Positions 54,131-64,000 of a stretch of DNA of 64,000 bases are shown here, in pieces. The notes beneath the pieces were generated by a model. The model was not told where the DNA came from, made no database searches, and was given only the letters and a program-made list of their open reading frames with translations. The position numbers were made by a program, and so were the translations under genes. The number at the start of each line of letters is the position of its first letter. Positions within the stretch are counted from its first letter, which is position 1. This stretch comes from Squalus acanthias (taxonomy: Eukaryota). The stretch lies in contig CM059425.1 in the NCBI GenBank assembly GCA_030390025.1, positions 168,208,001 through 168,272,000 on the forward strand. Reading direction: 5' to 3'.

Positions 54131-54387
54131 GATCGCAGAAGACAGGCTCGAAGGGCTTGCACAAGAGTGATTTATAATTATATCTGTTAACTATTAGATA
54201 CATATGGAATTAAGATGTTTGTTAAATTATTTTTTGTTCTGGACTTGGTGTTGGTGTTTATATTAGTAGTAAAGCGAGGACAAAACCCGTAAGGCTGGAC
54301 TGCAGGAAGGCAATCGGATGGTGGTAATAAGGACGTTGGGGATAAGGATTGTGAGACCGTTGATATATTGGGAATGGGAGGGATGGT

Positions 54388-57085
54388 TCACGTGAAGCTC
54401 TCTTAGATGAGCTGCTTTCTGAGAACTCTGGCAGCAAGGGGCGCTGGTGGTCGATGTTGCACCTGCTCCTCCTCCTCCTGCTGCTCTTCCTGCTGCCCAG
54501 GTGGTGGGAAGGGCTGGTCTCTCATGATGGCAAAGTTATGGAGCATGAAGCAGATGACCACAAATCTGGAAACCCACTCACTGCTGTACTACAAAACTCC
54601 TCCTGAACGGTCCAGGCAGTAGAAGCGTTGTTTGAGACACCAACTGTCTGCCCGATGATGTTTGTGATAGCAGCATGGGTCTCATTGTAGGCTAGCTCTG
54701 CATCTGTGCCCGGGTTCGTGACAGGAGTCATGAACCAAGTCTGAAGCGGATGGCCCTTGTTGCCCAGTATCCAGCCTGTAATCTAATGGCCTCGTATGAA
54801 GAAAGGCGCAGTGGATGATCCATATCTGCCTCCTCCTGAGGTCCCCACCATCACAGAAGCCAATCTTCAGCCATTTCGATTCACTCCATGTGATATCAAG
54901 AAACGGCTGAGCGCACTGGATACAGCAAAGGCTATGGGCCCCGACAACATCCCGGCTATCGTGCTGAAGACTTGTGCTCCAGAACTAGTCATGCCTCTAG
55001 CCAAGCTGTTCCAGTACAGCTACAACACTGGCATCTATCCGACAATGTGGAAAACTGCCCAGGTATGTCCTGTCCACAAAAAGCAGGACAAATCCAATAC
55101 GGCCAATTACCGCCCCATCAGTCTACTCTCAATCATCAGCAAAGTGATGGAAGGTGTCATCGACAGTGCTATCAAGCAGCACTTACTCACCAATAACCGA
55201 CTCACTGATGCCCAGTTTGGGTTCCGCCAGGACCACTCGGCTGCCGACCTCATTACAGCCTTGGTCCAAACATGGACAAAGGAGCTGAATTCCAGAAGTG
55301 AGGTGAGAGTGACTGCCCTTGACATCAAGGCAGCATTTGACCAAGTGTGGCATCAAGGAGCCCTAGTAAAACTGAAGTCAATGGGAATCGGGCGGAAAAC
55401 TCTCCACTGGCTGGAGTCACAAATTAAGATGGTTGTGGTGGTTGGAGGTCAATCATCACAGCCCCAGGACATCGCTGCAGGAGTTCCTCAGGGCAGTGTC
55501 CTAGGCCCAACCATCTTCAGCTGCTTCATCAATGACCTTTCCTCCAACATAAGGTCAGAAATGGGGATGTTCGCTGATGACTGCACAGTGTCCAGTGCCA
55601 TTCACAACTCCTCAGATAATGAAGCAGTCCATGCCCACATGCAACAAGACCTGGATGACATTCAGGCTTGGGCTGATAAGTGGCAGGTAACATTCGCACC
55701 AAACAAGTGCCAGGCAATGACTATCTCCAACAATTGAGAGTCTAACCACCGCCCCTTAACATTCAACGGTATTACCATCGCCGAATCCCCCACCATCAAC
55801 ATCCTGGGGGTCACCATTGACCAGAAACTTAACTGGACCAGCAACATAAATACTGTGGTCAGAGGCTAGGTATTCTGTGGCAAGAGTCTCACCTCCTGAC
55901 TCCCCAAAGCCTTTCCACCATCTACAAGGCACAAGTAAAGAGTGTGATGGAATACTTTCCACTTGCCTGGATGAGTGCAGCTCCAACAACACTCAAGAAG
56001 CTCGACACCATCCAAGGACAAAGCAGCCCGCTTGATTGGCACCCTTTAAACATTCACTCCCTCCACCACCGGCATACCATGGCTGCAGTGTGTACCATCT
56101 ACAAGATGCACTACAGCAACTCGCCAAGGCTTCTTCGGCAGCACCTCCCAAACCCGCGACCTCTTCCAATTGGAAGGACAAGGGCAGCAGGAGCATGAGA
56201 ACACCACCACCTCCAAGTTCCCATCCAAGTCATACACCATCCTGACTTGGAAATATATCGCCATTCCTTCATCGTCGCTGGGTCTAAATCCTGGAACTCC
56301 CTCCCTAACAGCACTGTGGGAGTACTTTCACACACGGACTGCAGCGGTTCAAGAAGGCAGCTCACCACCACCTTCTCAAGGACAATTCGGGATGGGCAAT
56401 AAATGCTGGCTTTGCCAGCGACGCCCACATCCCACAAACGAATATATTAAAAAAAACAGATAACTCGCACAGGATAAATGAATCATGATTGCTGCCAGGA
56501 AACTGGGCACAGACCTGCATGATACATTGCCTGTGGACACAAACCAGCTGAATCTTGAGCGAGTGAAAAGCTGCCAGGCTGGCAAGTGGGAACACACAGG
56601 CCAATGTAAGTGCAGTTTATGGCCTGCAGTGTATGCAAAGCCTGATGCTTGCTCACCCTGCTTTGCTCTGTCCATGGGGAACGCGATGTTGTTATTACTC
56701 CCAATGTCGAAAGCCTCATTGACTTCCCTGATACAATGGTGAACTGCAAACTGGGAGATAAACCTGTGGCATAAAGGTTAAGGGCCATGGTGACCTTGAC
56801 AGCCACAGACAGTGCTGTCCATGCCCTGGTATGAGGCTTGAATTATGGCTACAGCAGGTGGCATAGCTCGGTGACAGCCTCCTTTATGAAGTGGAGGCAC
56901 CTGATACATTAATCCTCCTAGAAGTTGATGTGGGAGAAATGCTCCCTGTAGACCTGCTGTGGGTATGGCAACATGCTCAGTGTCCTCCTCCTCCCTCATC
57001 TGTGAGCTGCTCCTGCTCTGTTCTGTCTTCCTTGATGCTTCCCCTTGTCCTCCAACTCCAAAGGCCACCCTACCAGATCACCCAT
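54388..57085 (-). pseudogene. Harbinger (HARBI1-like) DDE transposase pseudogene, split by a LINE
   Basis: AVKVTMALNLYATG, FHSLKIQLVC, FPGSNHDSFIL, GWILGNKGHPLQTWFMTPV, YNETHA; multiple stops. Confidence 0.85.
54811..56457 (+). mobile_element. 5'-truncated LINE (same family as 38049) inserted in the Harbinger transposase
   Basis: 313-aa RT ORF (YRPISLLS, QFGFR, PQGSVLGP, FADD); tail gggcaataaatgctggc plus poly-A. Confidence 0.9.
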
Positions 57086-58614
57086 GACGGCAGTAAAAGT
57101 GTTTAGAAGGCAGCTACAAACAGTCCAGCAAGAACTTGCTATCAGCAATCAGAAATCAATTCTCTAAGTCAGAAAACAGACCAAAAACGCCCAGAAGTTT
57201 ACCAGCAGTTTCAATTGACAAACAAACAACGAACCTGTATGTAGTGGATGAGCCTGTTAAATAGGGCTGCTGAAGGGTCCTTCCTGGCTGTTCATGCCGT
57301 GAGTTGCTGGGTGAGTTCATCACGAGTCAGGTGCTGGAGCAGGCAAATATCGCAAAAGGATCCTACAACAAGCGTAGGACCCTTATTTAAATATTTTAAT
57401 CAACAATTTAAATAGTTCCTGGATGCCTATTGGGCAGCCCGATCCAATATGGCAGTCAATGCACTTCCGGCACGTAATGAGTGCACGCACCCGCCGGTCA
57501 TATTGGATGCTTAGGCGCTCATTTTGCGTCGGAACCTGGGCGTGGCACCATCAAATGTCTAGGCAATGACTCGTGACAGTCCCGGCTTCCTTCCTGTAAG
57601 AAATACGATGGTGCCCTTTTAGCTTGTATATAATTCATCAATTTCACGGCAGATATTCAACAAAGTTTCTGCATAGCAATTTTATTTCCTGAAATCTAAG
57701 TATTTTTGTGGAATTGTGATGAGGAGGGAGTTGGTCCACTTCCCAGTAATCTCACTGAAATAAATGTTGAGAATTTGGCAGCTCCAGACCACAATAATCA
57801 AAAAGTGATGTCCCATGTGTTTAAATTTATAGCAGTAAGACCAATTAAAAGCAGTAACCTAAACCAGGTAACTCAAACCATTGCAATCACCAAAAGGATA
57901 GGGAGTCAACAAGTTCATTAATTATTTATCAGCGATGCTATTAGCAAGCTGCTAGCGTCAAAACTACCCCAGGTTGTGAATCCAGAGGTACAGCAACGTT
58001 CACTTTTATTCTGTCACTACTACTTCTGTATTTTTTGTCGTGCTACCATTAGACCACAGACCGCTCTATTTCCTGAGACAATGCAGTCATCAACCAACAC
58101 ATTTAACCAACAGGAAGGGAGGTGTGTTGACATCATTGGACAGTTTATAGAATAAAGCACTTCACTGCCTTATTGCAGAATTATCTCTCAGTATTTTCTA
58201 TGGTCTTTGTGTGCATACACATGTACTCATGTCTAAATAGGAATGGAGATATTTAATTCTGAAGAATGGAACATTTTACCACTTTCTCACCCAGTTTTGA
58301 TGTGGATGGAGTTCAGTTATAACTGTAAAATTCGCAAATTATCGCGATTCAAAAATAACGAGAGAGAGATACAGTTTCGTTCAAGTAGTTTTATTTCAGC
58401 GAAATGCTGTCATGTTTCAAAACGGACACAAGAAGCCTGTAAAATGGCCGCCGTGCCTCATGGCAGAAGTTTCTAGAATTTTCAGTAGACAGACAAGATG
58501 GCGTTCGAATAAACATTTCAGAGTGACAGGGCCTCAGTTTAACGCATCAGCTAAAAGGCAGCATCTTTGACACTGTATCAGTCTCTCAAGCTTGGAGTGG
58601 GGCATGAATCCATT

Positions 58615-60345
58615 GGGGGGAATTTTAACAGCAAAGAGTGAGTGGGTTTGGGAGCGGGTGGGTGGTTAAATGCGCAGAAATTGACAGCATGTCAGGAAGC
58701 CGGCTCCAGTCTGTTGACTTCCACATTTCACTCGAGCGCGTTTGGCTGCGTGCAAGAAATCCCCTTGGGAGAGGCGGGTTACCAATTTAAAGTTATTAAC
58801 AGGTAGTTAAGAGGTAATTTACATTTTTTAACAGGGGTTTTCAACCTTCACTGTGGGTGCACGGGTTTCCTGGACCTCGCCAGTGAGAGCAAGGCGAGAG
58901 CACAGCGGCAATTAAAAGGGCTGAAGAAATGACAGGCAAAAAATCGCATAAGTACTGAGACCGCACACCTGCTTCCTTGACTAGGTGAAAGGCTTTTGCT
59001 CACAGCACTTGTTCTGAGAGTTTGCTTTCAGTACTTTGCAGGTGATTTCTACAACTTTGGAGGTGACTTTCACTACAATTGGAGGTTACTCTCACTACTT
59101 TGGAGCTTTGTGTGTCTGATCTCCACTTTACATCTGTCATATATCAGATCAGCATGAATGTCACTTATGCTGTTTCACCTTGGACCTCAGATAAGGACCA
59201 AGATGAGCACCAGCAGCACCACCACCAGCAGGAGTAGCAGCAGCCTTCTCCTCACAGACCTGCCACTCCACAGGAGAGAGGGGATGAGCACATAGGTGCA
59301 GCTCGCAGGAGGCGATACCCGCAACACAGGGTATATAGGCAGAGGATCAACTACATTACAACAATGACTACACTTCAAAACGTACTTCATTGGCTGTAAA
59401 GCACTTTGGGACATCCGGTGGTCGTGAAAAGCGCTATATAAATGCAAGTGTTTCTTTCTTTCTTTCCTTGACATGTCTGAACATCAGTGCCTCAGCAGGC
59501 TCAGGGTATAGTGTCAGGTCGTGGCAGACATTTGCACCCTGCTGGAACAAGACCTGCTGCCAACTGACCTGGGGGCCACGCTTTGCCAGTGGTTGTTAAA
59601 GTGACTACCACCCTCAACCTCTTTGTCTCAGGCTCCTTTCAGGGATCTGCAGGAGACATTTGCAGGATTTCACAGTCGGCCGCCCACCAATGCCATGTTT
59701 GCCAGGGCAGGCAATTATGTACCGATGAAGCCAGTCAGAATGAGCGGGTGCTCAGCTTTTCAGCTCTGGCTGGCTTCCCACAGGTACAGGGCGTCATTGA
59801 CTGTACACAGGTGGCAATCAAGGCAACCCCAGATCACCCAGGAGTGTTCCACAAGGGCTTCCACTCCATCAATGTGCAGCTGGTGTGCAACCACAAAAAG
59901 ATCTTTATGCAGGTGTGTGCAAGATTCCCAGGGAGCTGCCATAATGCATTCGTCCTGCGCCAGTCCACCCTCCCTGAGCTCTTCGCACCTCTGAATAGAC
60001 TTATCGGCTGGCTGCTTGGAGACAAGGGCTATCTACATAAGACGTGGCTGCTGACACCCGTGAGGAGCCCAAGCAATGAGGCCCAAGAGCGCTACAATCA
60101 AAGCCATATGATGACGAGATGTGTCATTGAGCAAGGGGATGCTGAAGATGCTCTTCAGGTGCCTCGACAGATCTGGAGGCGCCCTTCAATACGCACCAGC
60201 CTGGGTCTCCAGAATGATCGTGGTTTACTGCGCTCTGCACAACAGGATTGGAGCTGCAGGAGGAGCAAGGCACAGAGCACTCTGCCTCTTCAGTGGAGGA
60301 TGATGCAGAGGAGAAGGAGAAGGAATGTCATATTGAAACCAATGA
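58615..60345 (+). mobile_element. Harbinger element left part with transposase pseudogene (59154 to about 60340), truncated by CR1
   Basis: Left end ggggggaattttaac; [58 protein letters not shown]. Confidence 0.85.
59355..59466 (+). mobile_element. SINE 3' tail inserted in the transposase coding sequence
   Basis: Matches 51770-51873; removing it restores AAC TAC CTT GAC ATG. Confidence 0.85.
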
Positions 60346-61046
60346 CACAGGTAGTAAAAGTGCTGAGGCCCTTCAGGCAGAGTTTCAGGAGCTAGGAAAA
60401 AGATTAAAAAACAGGACCTCAAAGGTAGTAATCTCAGGATTACTCCCAGTGCCACGTGCAAGTGAGTATAGAAACAGGATGATAGTGCAGGTAAATGCGT
60501 GGCTGGAGAGATGGTGCAGGAGGGAGGGTTTCAGATTCCTGGGGCATTGGGACCAGTTCCAGGGAAGGGGCACCTGTACAAGATGGACGGGTTGCACCTG
60601 AACAAAGCTGGTACCAATGTTCCCGCTGAGAGGTTATCTAGTACTATTGGGGAGGGTTTAAACTAATATGGCAGGGGGAGCGGAATCAGGAAATAGCAGA
60701 GAGAGGCAGAAATGAGATCAGAGGACAGAAAGATATAAACAGTGGTAAAATTGCAGGGACCAGATTGAGGAAAATAGCAAAAGTGACAAAAGAGATAATG
60801 AATTGTATGTAAGTCAATGTCTGTCGTGTAACTAATAAGGCTGATGAGTTGCAGGCACAAATTGCTACATGGGATTATGACATGGCTGCATTAACAGAGA
60901 CATGGCTCAAACAAGGCCAGGAATGTGCTCTTAATATTCCTGGTTACCAAGTATTCAGGAATGATAGAGAAGGAAAAAGAGGAGGGGGCGTGGCAGTATT
61001 GATTAACGATAATGCTACAGTTCTAAATAGAAAGGATTTACTAGAT

Positions 61047-63442
61047 CAGCGGTTCCCAACCTGTGGTCCGCAGACCACCAGTGGTATGCGAGGGTACTGC
61101 AGGTGGTCCGTGAAAAAAAAAAATTATGATACTGTAATAATAATATCATCATGTGTACCTCATATGTATCATATTCGATATTACATTATTATTCTCAATG
61201 TAATATGCTTCACAAACATCCTTGTGATTCTCTGAATTTTAATAGTGTGACGCTTTTGCGTGACGTCAATGTGAACCGACGCTCTTAGAAAATTCAACGG
61301 TTAGAGCACGGGAATAAAAAAATGGATCAGTGGCTTTTATCTGGCATGCATAACCGAACTCTCTACTATGGTCAAAATGACAGTGAGACATCAGCAAATG
61401 AAACTCAGCACAACAAAAGTAAGCGAAAAGTGAGGAGAAAATACAGCAGTGAATACTTAAAACTGGGATTTACTTACACTGGAACTGAGAACGAACCGTT
61501 ACCAGTATGTGTCGTCTGCTATGATGTTCTGTCGAATGAAAGCCTAAAGCCTGCTAATCTTCGCCGTCATCTTGAGACTAAGCATGGGGAATACGTGTCC
61601 AAGCCAATTGGATTTTTTTACAACCAGCTCAAAGAATTTCAACGTAGCAAGACAATTATGGAATGCACATCTAAAGGCAGTGATAATGCTAAGGCGGTGG
61701 AGGCCTCGTACCGGGTAGCTAGGCTCATAGCAAAGACAGGGAAGCAGCACACAATTGGGGAGGAGTTGATATTGCCAGCGGCTAAGGAGATGGTGGGTGT
61801 TATGCTGGGAGAGGGAGCCTGCAAGCAAAATAACATGATTTCATTGTCGGATAACACAGTTCAACGCAGAATTGATGAGATGGCTCAGGACTTGTGTGAT
61901 CAGCTAATAGCGAGAATGCAAGTGAGTCGTTTTTATACATTTCAACTGGATGAATCAACGGACATTGCAAACCTTTCAAACCTGATCACCTATGTAAGGT
62001 ATGAACACAATGGAGAGATACATGAGGACTTTCTCTTTTGTAAATCGTTGCCCACTCGCTCAACTGCAGAGGCTATTTTTGGAATGTTGAACAGTTTCAT
62101 TATTGAAAATGGGATTGATTGGTCAAAATGTGTCGGACTTGGCACAGATGGGGCCCGTGCGATGTTAGGCCAACACAGTGGGGTTGTTGCACATGTAAGA
62201 GTAGTGGCTCCGCTAGCATCATCCATTCACTGCAGCATCCATAGGGAGGTGTTAGCTGCAAAGAAAATGCCTGCTGATCTCAAGACCATTTTGGAGGAAG
62301 CCGTTAAAACTGTTAATTATATCAAGGCCCGTCCACTGAATTCGCGAATATTTGCAGCTATTTGTGACGAGATGGGCAGTGATCACCATCAACTACTTCT
62401 GCACACCGAGGTCCGCTGGCTGTCCCGAGGAAAGGTACTCACTCGTCTTTTAGAGTTGCATGATGAGGTGAGAATTTTTTTACTGGACTCAAAGTTTGAA
62501 CTTTCACATCGCTTCGGTGATTTTCAGTGGCTTGCCAAATTGGCATATATTTTCGATCACTTGAATGGTCTCAATCTGCGTCTTCAGGGAAAATCAGTGA
62601 CATTCTTTCATGTGCAGGACAAAATAGAAGCGATGATCAAGAAAATAGAGATGTGGGCCAAACGACTTGAGCAGTCAAATTACAACTCGTTTGCGAATCT
62701 GTCTGATTTTTTGGTCACGGCAGAGATGCAGCTTCCAAACAGTGTGAAACATATCATCAGAGAGCACCTCCAAAGTTTGAAAATAAACCTACGCGAGTAC
62801 TTCCCTGTGCCTGACACAAAATTCAACTGGATACGAAATCCCAATGCGAGCCTTGATGATGACATCCTCGCAAGCCTGACCTCGACAGAGCAAGACAGCC
62901 TTGTGGAACTGTCCTGTGACAGTGCTTTAAAACAGGATTTTTCTCGGCAATACCTGACTGACTTTTGGCTTAAAGTTACTTCGGAATATCCAGCACTGTC
63001 CGACAAGGCAGTAAAGTTTCTAATGCCTTTTCCCACAACCTACCTTTGCGAAACTGGATTTTCTGCGCTTGTCGCATTGAAGACCAAATACCGGAATAAA
63101 CTTCACGTTGAACCAAATCTCCGATTGAGACTGTCATCGCTGGAACCTGACATCCAGCGTTTGACGTCTGCAAAACAACATCAGCCTTCTCATTAGGTAA
63201 GTGTTATCTTTTCCCCACTGGTAGGCCTACTGCAGGTAAATGTGCTGTGACGAGTGCAATGTATTTGTGAGTGAGCATAATAAATGATTAGAAACAGCTG
63301 CATTTTTAATACCTGTTGATATATAAGTTTGACTCCCGTCAGCCATAGGCTATGTTAAAAATGTTTTAAACGGCTAGTGGTCCGTAAAAGCTTTTGATGA
63401 CGATGTAGTGGTCCGCATAAAGGAAAAGGTTGGGAACCGCTG
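61047..63442 (+). mobile_element. Full-length hAT (Buster-group) DNA transposon, 2396 bp
   Basis: Perfect 16-bp TIRs cagcggttcccaacct / aggttgggaaccgctg; perfect 8-bp TSD TACTAGAT (61039-61046, 63443-63450) with central TA; subterminal GTGGTCCG repeats at both ends. Confidence 0.97.
61322..63196 (+). CDS. hAT/Buster transposase (ZBED8/FAM200/SCAND3-like), 624 aa
   Basis: BED finger CVVC...LRRHLETKH; LDESTD, GTDGA, CSIH, RWLSRG, YLCETGFS; no stops or frameshifts. Confidence 0.93.
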   Translation: MDQWLLSGMHNRTLYYGQNDSETSANETQHNKSKRKVRRKYSSEYLKLGFTYTGTENEPLPVCVVCYDVLSNESLKPANLRRHLETKHGEYVSKPIGFFYNQLKEFQRSKTIMECTSKGSDNAKAVEASYRVARLIAKTGKQHTIGEELILPAAKEMVGVMLGEGACKQNNMISLSDNTVQRRIDEMAQDLCDQLIARMQVSRFYTFQLDESTDIANLSNLITYVRYEHNGEIHEDFLFCKSLPTRSTAEAIFGMLNSFIIENGIDWSKCVGLGTDGARAMLGQHSGVVAHVRVVAPLASSIHCSIHREVLAAKKMPADLKTILEEAVKTVNYIKARPLNSRIFAAICDEMGSDHHQLLLHTEVRWLSRGKVLTRLLELHDEVRIFLLDSKFELSHRFGDFQWLAKLAYIFDHLNGLNLRLQGKSVTFFHVQDKIEAMIKKIEMWAKRLEQSNYNSFANLSDFLVTAEMQLPNSVKHIIREHLQSLKINLREYFPVPDTKFNWIRNPNASLDDDILASLTSTEQDSLVELSCDSALKQDFSRQYLTDFWLKVTSEYPALSDKAVKFLMPFPTTYLCETGFSALVALKTKYRNKLHVEPNLRLRLSSLEPDIQRLTSAKQHQPSH

Positions 63443-63760
63443 TACTAGATGGTTCAAAGACTGAATTTATTTGACTTGAGTTGTTGCGAGTTTTTTATGG
63501 AGCTCCAAACAGTGAGAAGGACATCGATGAGCAAATTTGTTGGCAAATTTCAAAGGCATTTAACAAAAATAGTAATATTAGGAGACTTTAATTACCCTAA
63601 TATAGACTGGAAAATCATAGTGCTAAGGGTAGGGAAGGAGAAGAATGTCTGATATGTGCACTGGAGAACTTTCTTGATCAATACGTCTCCAGTCCAACAA
63701 GGAAGGAAGCAGTGTTGGATCTGGTTCTGGGAAATGAAGTAGGACAAGTGGAGTGTGTTA

Positions 63761-64000
63761 CCTGCATCACCTGCAATGGTTTCTCTTCCCGCTCCCGCAT
63801 CGTTACCTCTGGTGTCCCTTAAGGATCCATCCTTGGCCCCGTCCTAATTCTCATCTATATGCTGCCGCTCGGCGACCTCATCCAAAAACACAGCGTCAGT
63901 TTCCACATGTACGCTGATGACACCCAGCTCTACCTCACCACCACTTCTCTCGACCCCTCCACGGTCTCTAAATTGTCAGACTGCTTGTCCAACATCCAGT
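63761..64000 (+). mobile_element. L2 LINE RT fragment running off the window
   Basis: [32 protein letters not shown]...[12 protein letters not shown]. Confidence 0.85.

Larger units (their letters stand above)
52109..57564. mobile_element. Decayed two-gene Harbinger transposon (boundaries approximate)
   Basis: Convergent Myb/SANT gene (+) and HARBI1-like transposase (-) with CpG-rich subtermini; TIRs degraded. Confidence 0.75.
60345..63760 (+). mobile_element. CR1 LINE 5' region (ORF1 esterase end plus APE) interrupted by the hAT element
   Basis: SKVVISGLLPVPRASEYRN..VNAWLERWCRREGFRF; LTETWL..GYQVFRNDREGKRGGGVAVL; GDFNYPNIDW after the hAT. Confidence 0.9.

Noticed and set aside
59583..60395. 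Domesticated HARBI1 gene
   Set aside because: Stops, frameshifts, a SINE insertion and TE termini show a decayed transposon copy.
61322..63196. Host gene ZBED8/FAM200/SCAND3
   Set aside because: Enclosed by TIRs and a TSD and inserted within a CR1, so it is a transposon rather than a domesticated gene.
1..64000. CRISPR array or prokaryotic operon-like system
   Set aside because: Eukaryotic intron-rich DNA; no repeat-spacer array seen.

Overview
Vertebrate genomic DNA, most likely a cartilaginous fish (inferred from the repeat content: CR1 LINEs, Deu-type SINEs, Penelope ends and many Harbinger derivatives). The only host gene I can support is the 5' part of an SLCO3A1-like organic anion transporter on the minus strand: coding exon 1 at 49784-49915 and exon 2 at 25815-26280. 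Exon 3 was not found and probably lies left of the window. The rest is intron or upstream sequence dense with nested transposons. Highlights: (i) a full-length hAT/Buster element with perfect 16-bp TIRs, an 8-bp TSD and an open 624-aa transposase ORF; (ii) minimal hammerhead-ribozyme motifs in Penelope-like repeats, one in the sense orientation of the pre-mRNA; (iii) an APE-RT LINE that begins with a tRNA-Thr-like Pol III head, plus SINE-like copies made of its head and tail; (iv) Harbinger elements ranging from a decayed two-gene Myb+transposase copy, through a doubly deleted derivative, to MITEs. Repeat family names are by-eye assignments, and the boundaries of older repeats are approximate.
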